Shown here one piece after another: positions 61,878 through 64,000 of a stretch of DNA of 64,000 nt; the first letter of the stretch is position 1; each line of letters begins with the position of its first letter. The DNA is taken from the NCBI GenBank assembly GCA_028826165.1, contig JAPDFW010000076.1, forward strand, positions 186,001 to 250,000, given 5' to 3'. The position numbers and the translations under genes are program-made. A model generated the notes under the pieces. That model worked only from the letters and a program-made list of their open reading frames with translations. It made no database searches and was not told the origin of the DNA. Source of the stretch: Anaeramoeba ignava BMAN (taxonomy: Eukaryota > Protista > Anaeramoebae).

Positions 61878-63008
61878 TTAAAGATAAAGAATTGAACTAT
61901 TTGTTCCCCATTTGACTTTGTTTGCATCAATATAAGTATGAGAACGAGAAACAACAAGACCACTTGCTTGGAAATTCCAACCACGATCATTTGAAACAGC
62001 ATAAGTGACACCACCTGTTACTGAATTTGAAATCCAAGTGTGTCCAAATAAAACTCTTCCATAATAAAAAACACCAGAATTGACAAGATATTTTTCAGTC
62101 ATGATAATGTTATTAAAAGTAAGTTGAATGATCCCAAAATTCCCACAAATATTAAACAACGAGTTCTTGTCGCTTCTTTGCGTGAGTTTTTTTGTGTTTC
62201 CATGATTCTCAATCATCGTAACGCCTTTTATTAACAACGAAGCAAAATCACTAACTCCACATCTTAGTGGTTCGCGATAGGTATCAGAAGGGTGCTTGAA
62301 TTCCACGCATTTCGTCATCAAAATCTTTGGTGTGAAACCTTCTTTCTTGGCCGCGTCGTATCCTGCTCCGATGATTTCCAATCTGTGATGGGGAGGAACA
62401 ATGACAGGTGTGTTCCATTCATATTCCCCTTTTTCGGCTAATTGAATTCTTACTAAAGTCCATTTTGTAAATGCGTCGGAGATGAAATCTCCAAGATCAG
62501 CCTCAAGCTTCTCTTCCAAATTGAAGACCTGGAACTCCTTCAAATTCTTGACCAGTTCAGTTGTTTCTTGGACTTTTTCTTCCAAATTCTTGATTCGGAA
62601 CAACAATTCATCCAAATTCGGAATTTGTATTGCTTGATTTGGTAAGTTTTGGTTTGTGATCTCTTGATTTGATATGTTTTCCTTGAAATTTTGGATTTCC
62701 AATATTTTTTGTGATTTGAAAACTAAATCTTCTGAAAAACCTTGAATTGATAAGATGATCTCTTTTTCTGTGTATCCTTTTACTTTGAATTCGTTTTTTT
62801 TCATTGGAGAAACGATCCAAGAACCAACTTCTAATTCATTTGGAAATACTTTTCTTAATGTGTATTCTATTGATGTTCCTCGATCAAATAAAGTGAATAA
62901 AACTATGTGTTCTTTTTCTGTGCGATTCTCTGTTTTAACTTCACATCCAAATACAGATTCATTGATGTTCATTGAGAAAAAATCAACAAGAAAACTTAAA
63001 TAAGTCAT
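61878..63008 (-). CDS. Hypothetical protein with central coiled coil and beta-rich C-terminal domain
   Basis: 376-aa ORF with coding-like composition. No family recognised. Confidence 0.7.
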   Translation of the reverse strand: MTYLSFLVDFFSMNINESVFGCEVKTENRTEKEHIVLFTLFDRGTSIEYTLRKVFPNELEVGSWIVSPMKKNEFKVKGYTEKEIILSIQGFSEDLVFKSQKILEIQNFKENISNQEITNQNLPNQAIQIPNLDELLFRIKNLEEKVQETTELVKNLKEFQVFNLEEKLEADLGDFISDAFTKWTLVRIQLAEKGEYEWNTPVIVPPHHRLEIIGAGYDAAKKEGFTPKILMTKCVEFKHPSDTYREPLRCGVSDFASLLIKGVTMIENHGNTKKLTQRSDKNSLFNICGNFGIIQLTFNNIIMTEKYLVNSGVFYYGRVLFGHTWISNSVTGGVTYAVSNDRGWNFQASGLVVSRSHTYIDANKVKWGTNSSILYL

Positions 63009-63139
63009 TTTAATTAACTTTTTTTTTTGCCTGCTTTTTAAAATTAAAACAAAAAAAAAATGAGAAAAATTAAAAAAAAAATTTTTTTTCTTTTTTTTCT
63101 TTCTTTTACACGTGTTCTTTAAATTCTTAATTACATTTA

Positions 63140-64000
63140 AAGAAATAAAAAAAATAAGAATAACTTTAATTTAATTTATAAATCATTTTAAAAATATAAT
63201 TTCTAAATTAATTTTATTATTAAAATAATAATTTAATGTTTTAGATTTAAATATTTTCTTATTTAAATATTTAACATATAAATATAAAAAATAAGAATAA
63301 CTTTAATTTAATATCTAATTTATAAATTAATTTAAAAATATAATTTCTAATTTAATTTTATTATTAAAATAATAATTTATTGTTTTAGATTTAAATATTT
63401 TATTATTTAAATATTTAACAAATAAATAAAAAAAATAAGAATAACTTTTAATTTAATTTATAAAATTATTTTAAAATATAATTTCATATTTAATTTTGTT
63501 ATTAAAATAATAATTTAATGTTTTAGATTTAAATATTTTATTGTTTAAATATTTAACATAAAAAATATAAAAATGAAAATAGATTTAATTTAATATTTAA
63601 TTTATAAATCAATTTAAAAATATAATTTAATATTTAATTTTATTATTAAAATAATAATTTAATGTTTTAAATTTAAATATTTTATTGTTTAAATATTTAA
63701 CAAAGAAATATAAAAATAAGAATAGATTTAATTTAATATTTAATTTATAAATCATTTTAAAAATATAATTTCTAATTTAATTTTATTATTAAAATAATAA
63801 TTTAATGTTTTAGATTTAAATATTTTATTATTTAAATACTTAACAAATAAATATAGAATGAAAATAGATTTAATTTAGTATTTAATTTATAAAATAATTT
63901 AAAAATTAATTTCTAATTTAATGTTTTAGATTTAAATATTTTCTTATTTCAATATTTAACATATAAATATTAAAATAATAATTTAATTTAATTTTAAAGA
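63140..64000. repeat. ~140-bp tandem minisatellite, about 6 copies, running to the window end
   Basis: Recurrent TATTAAAATAATAATTTAATGTTTTAGATTTAAATATTTT at about 140-bp spacing. Confidence 0.9.

Noticed and set aside
63140-64000. Possible CRISPR-like repeat-spacer array
   Set aside because: The whole ~140-bp unit is repeated; there are no unique spacers.
1-64000. Alternative genetic code or stop-codon readthrough
   Set aside because: Long ORFs translate cleanly and end at TAA/TAG/TGA; interruptions are explained by introns or single-base indels.

Overview
Extremely AT-rich, gene-dense eukaryotic (protist) DNA using the standard genetic code, with short spliceosomal introns and many microsatellite expansions. 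Inference: the ankyrin+BTB gene expansion, a nuclear intein and TCATTT initiator-like motifs resemble an Anaeramoeba-like metamonad. About 18 genes: SH3 protein (partial), DnaJ/Ydj1, REJ-GAIN single-pass receptor, Akr1-type ankyrin palmitoyltransferase, NRF-6/OACYL acyltransferase, a giant PH/SH3-repeat RasGAP, three ankyrin-BTB proteins, CAP/Srv2, VPS9 GEF, degenerate PGM2, Q/N-rich BAH-like protein, C2-RasGAP-DUF547, DDX46/Prp5, DUSP, degenerate RRP6 and a hypothetical protein. Three findings stand out. (1) An ankyrin-BTB gene (24946-28344, minus), mostly invisible in the ORF track, has 14 single-codon (3-nt) AG|NNN|GT microexons in 7 pairs, each pair supplying the two beta-hairpin residues between consecutive ankyrin repeats. 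(2) DDX46/Prp5 carries a 519-aa intein with a degenerate LAGLIDADG domain in helicase motif V. (3) The palmitoyltransferase has a canonical U12-type AT-AC intron. All splice models were read by hand and lack transcript evidence. Several single-base frameshifts are probably assembly errors.
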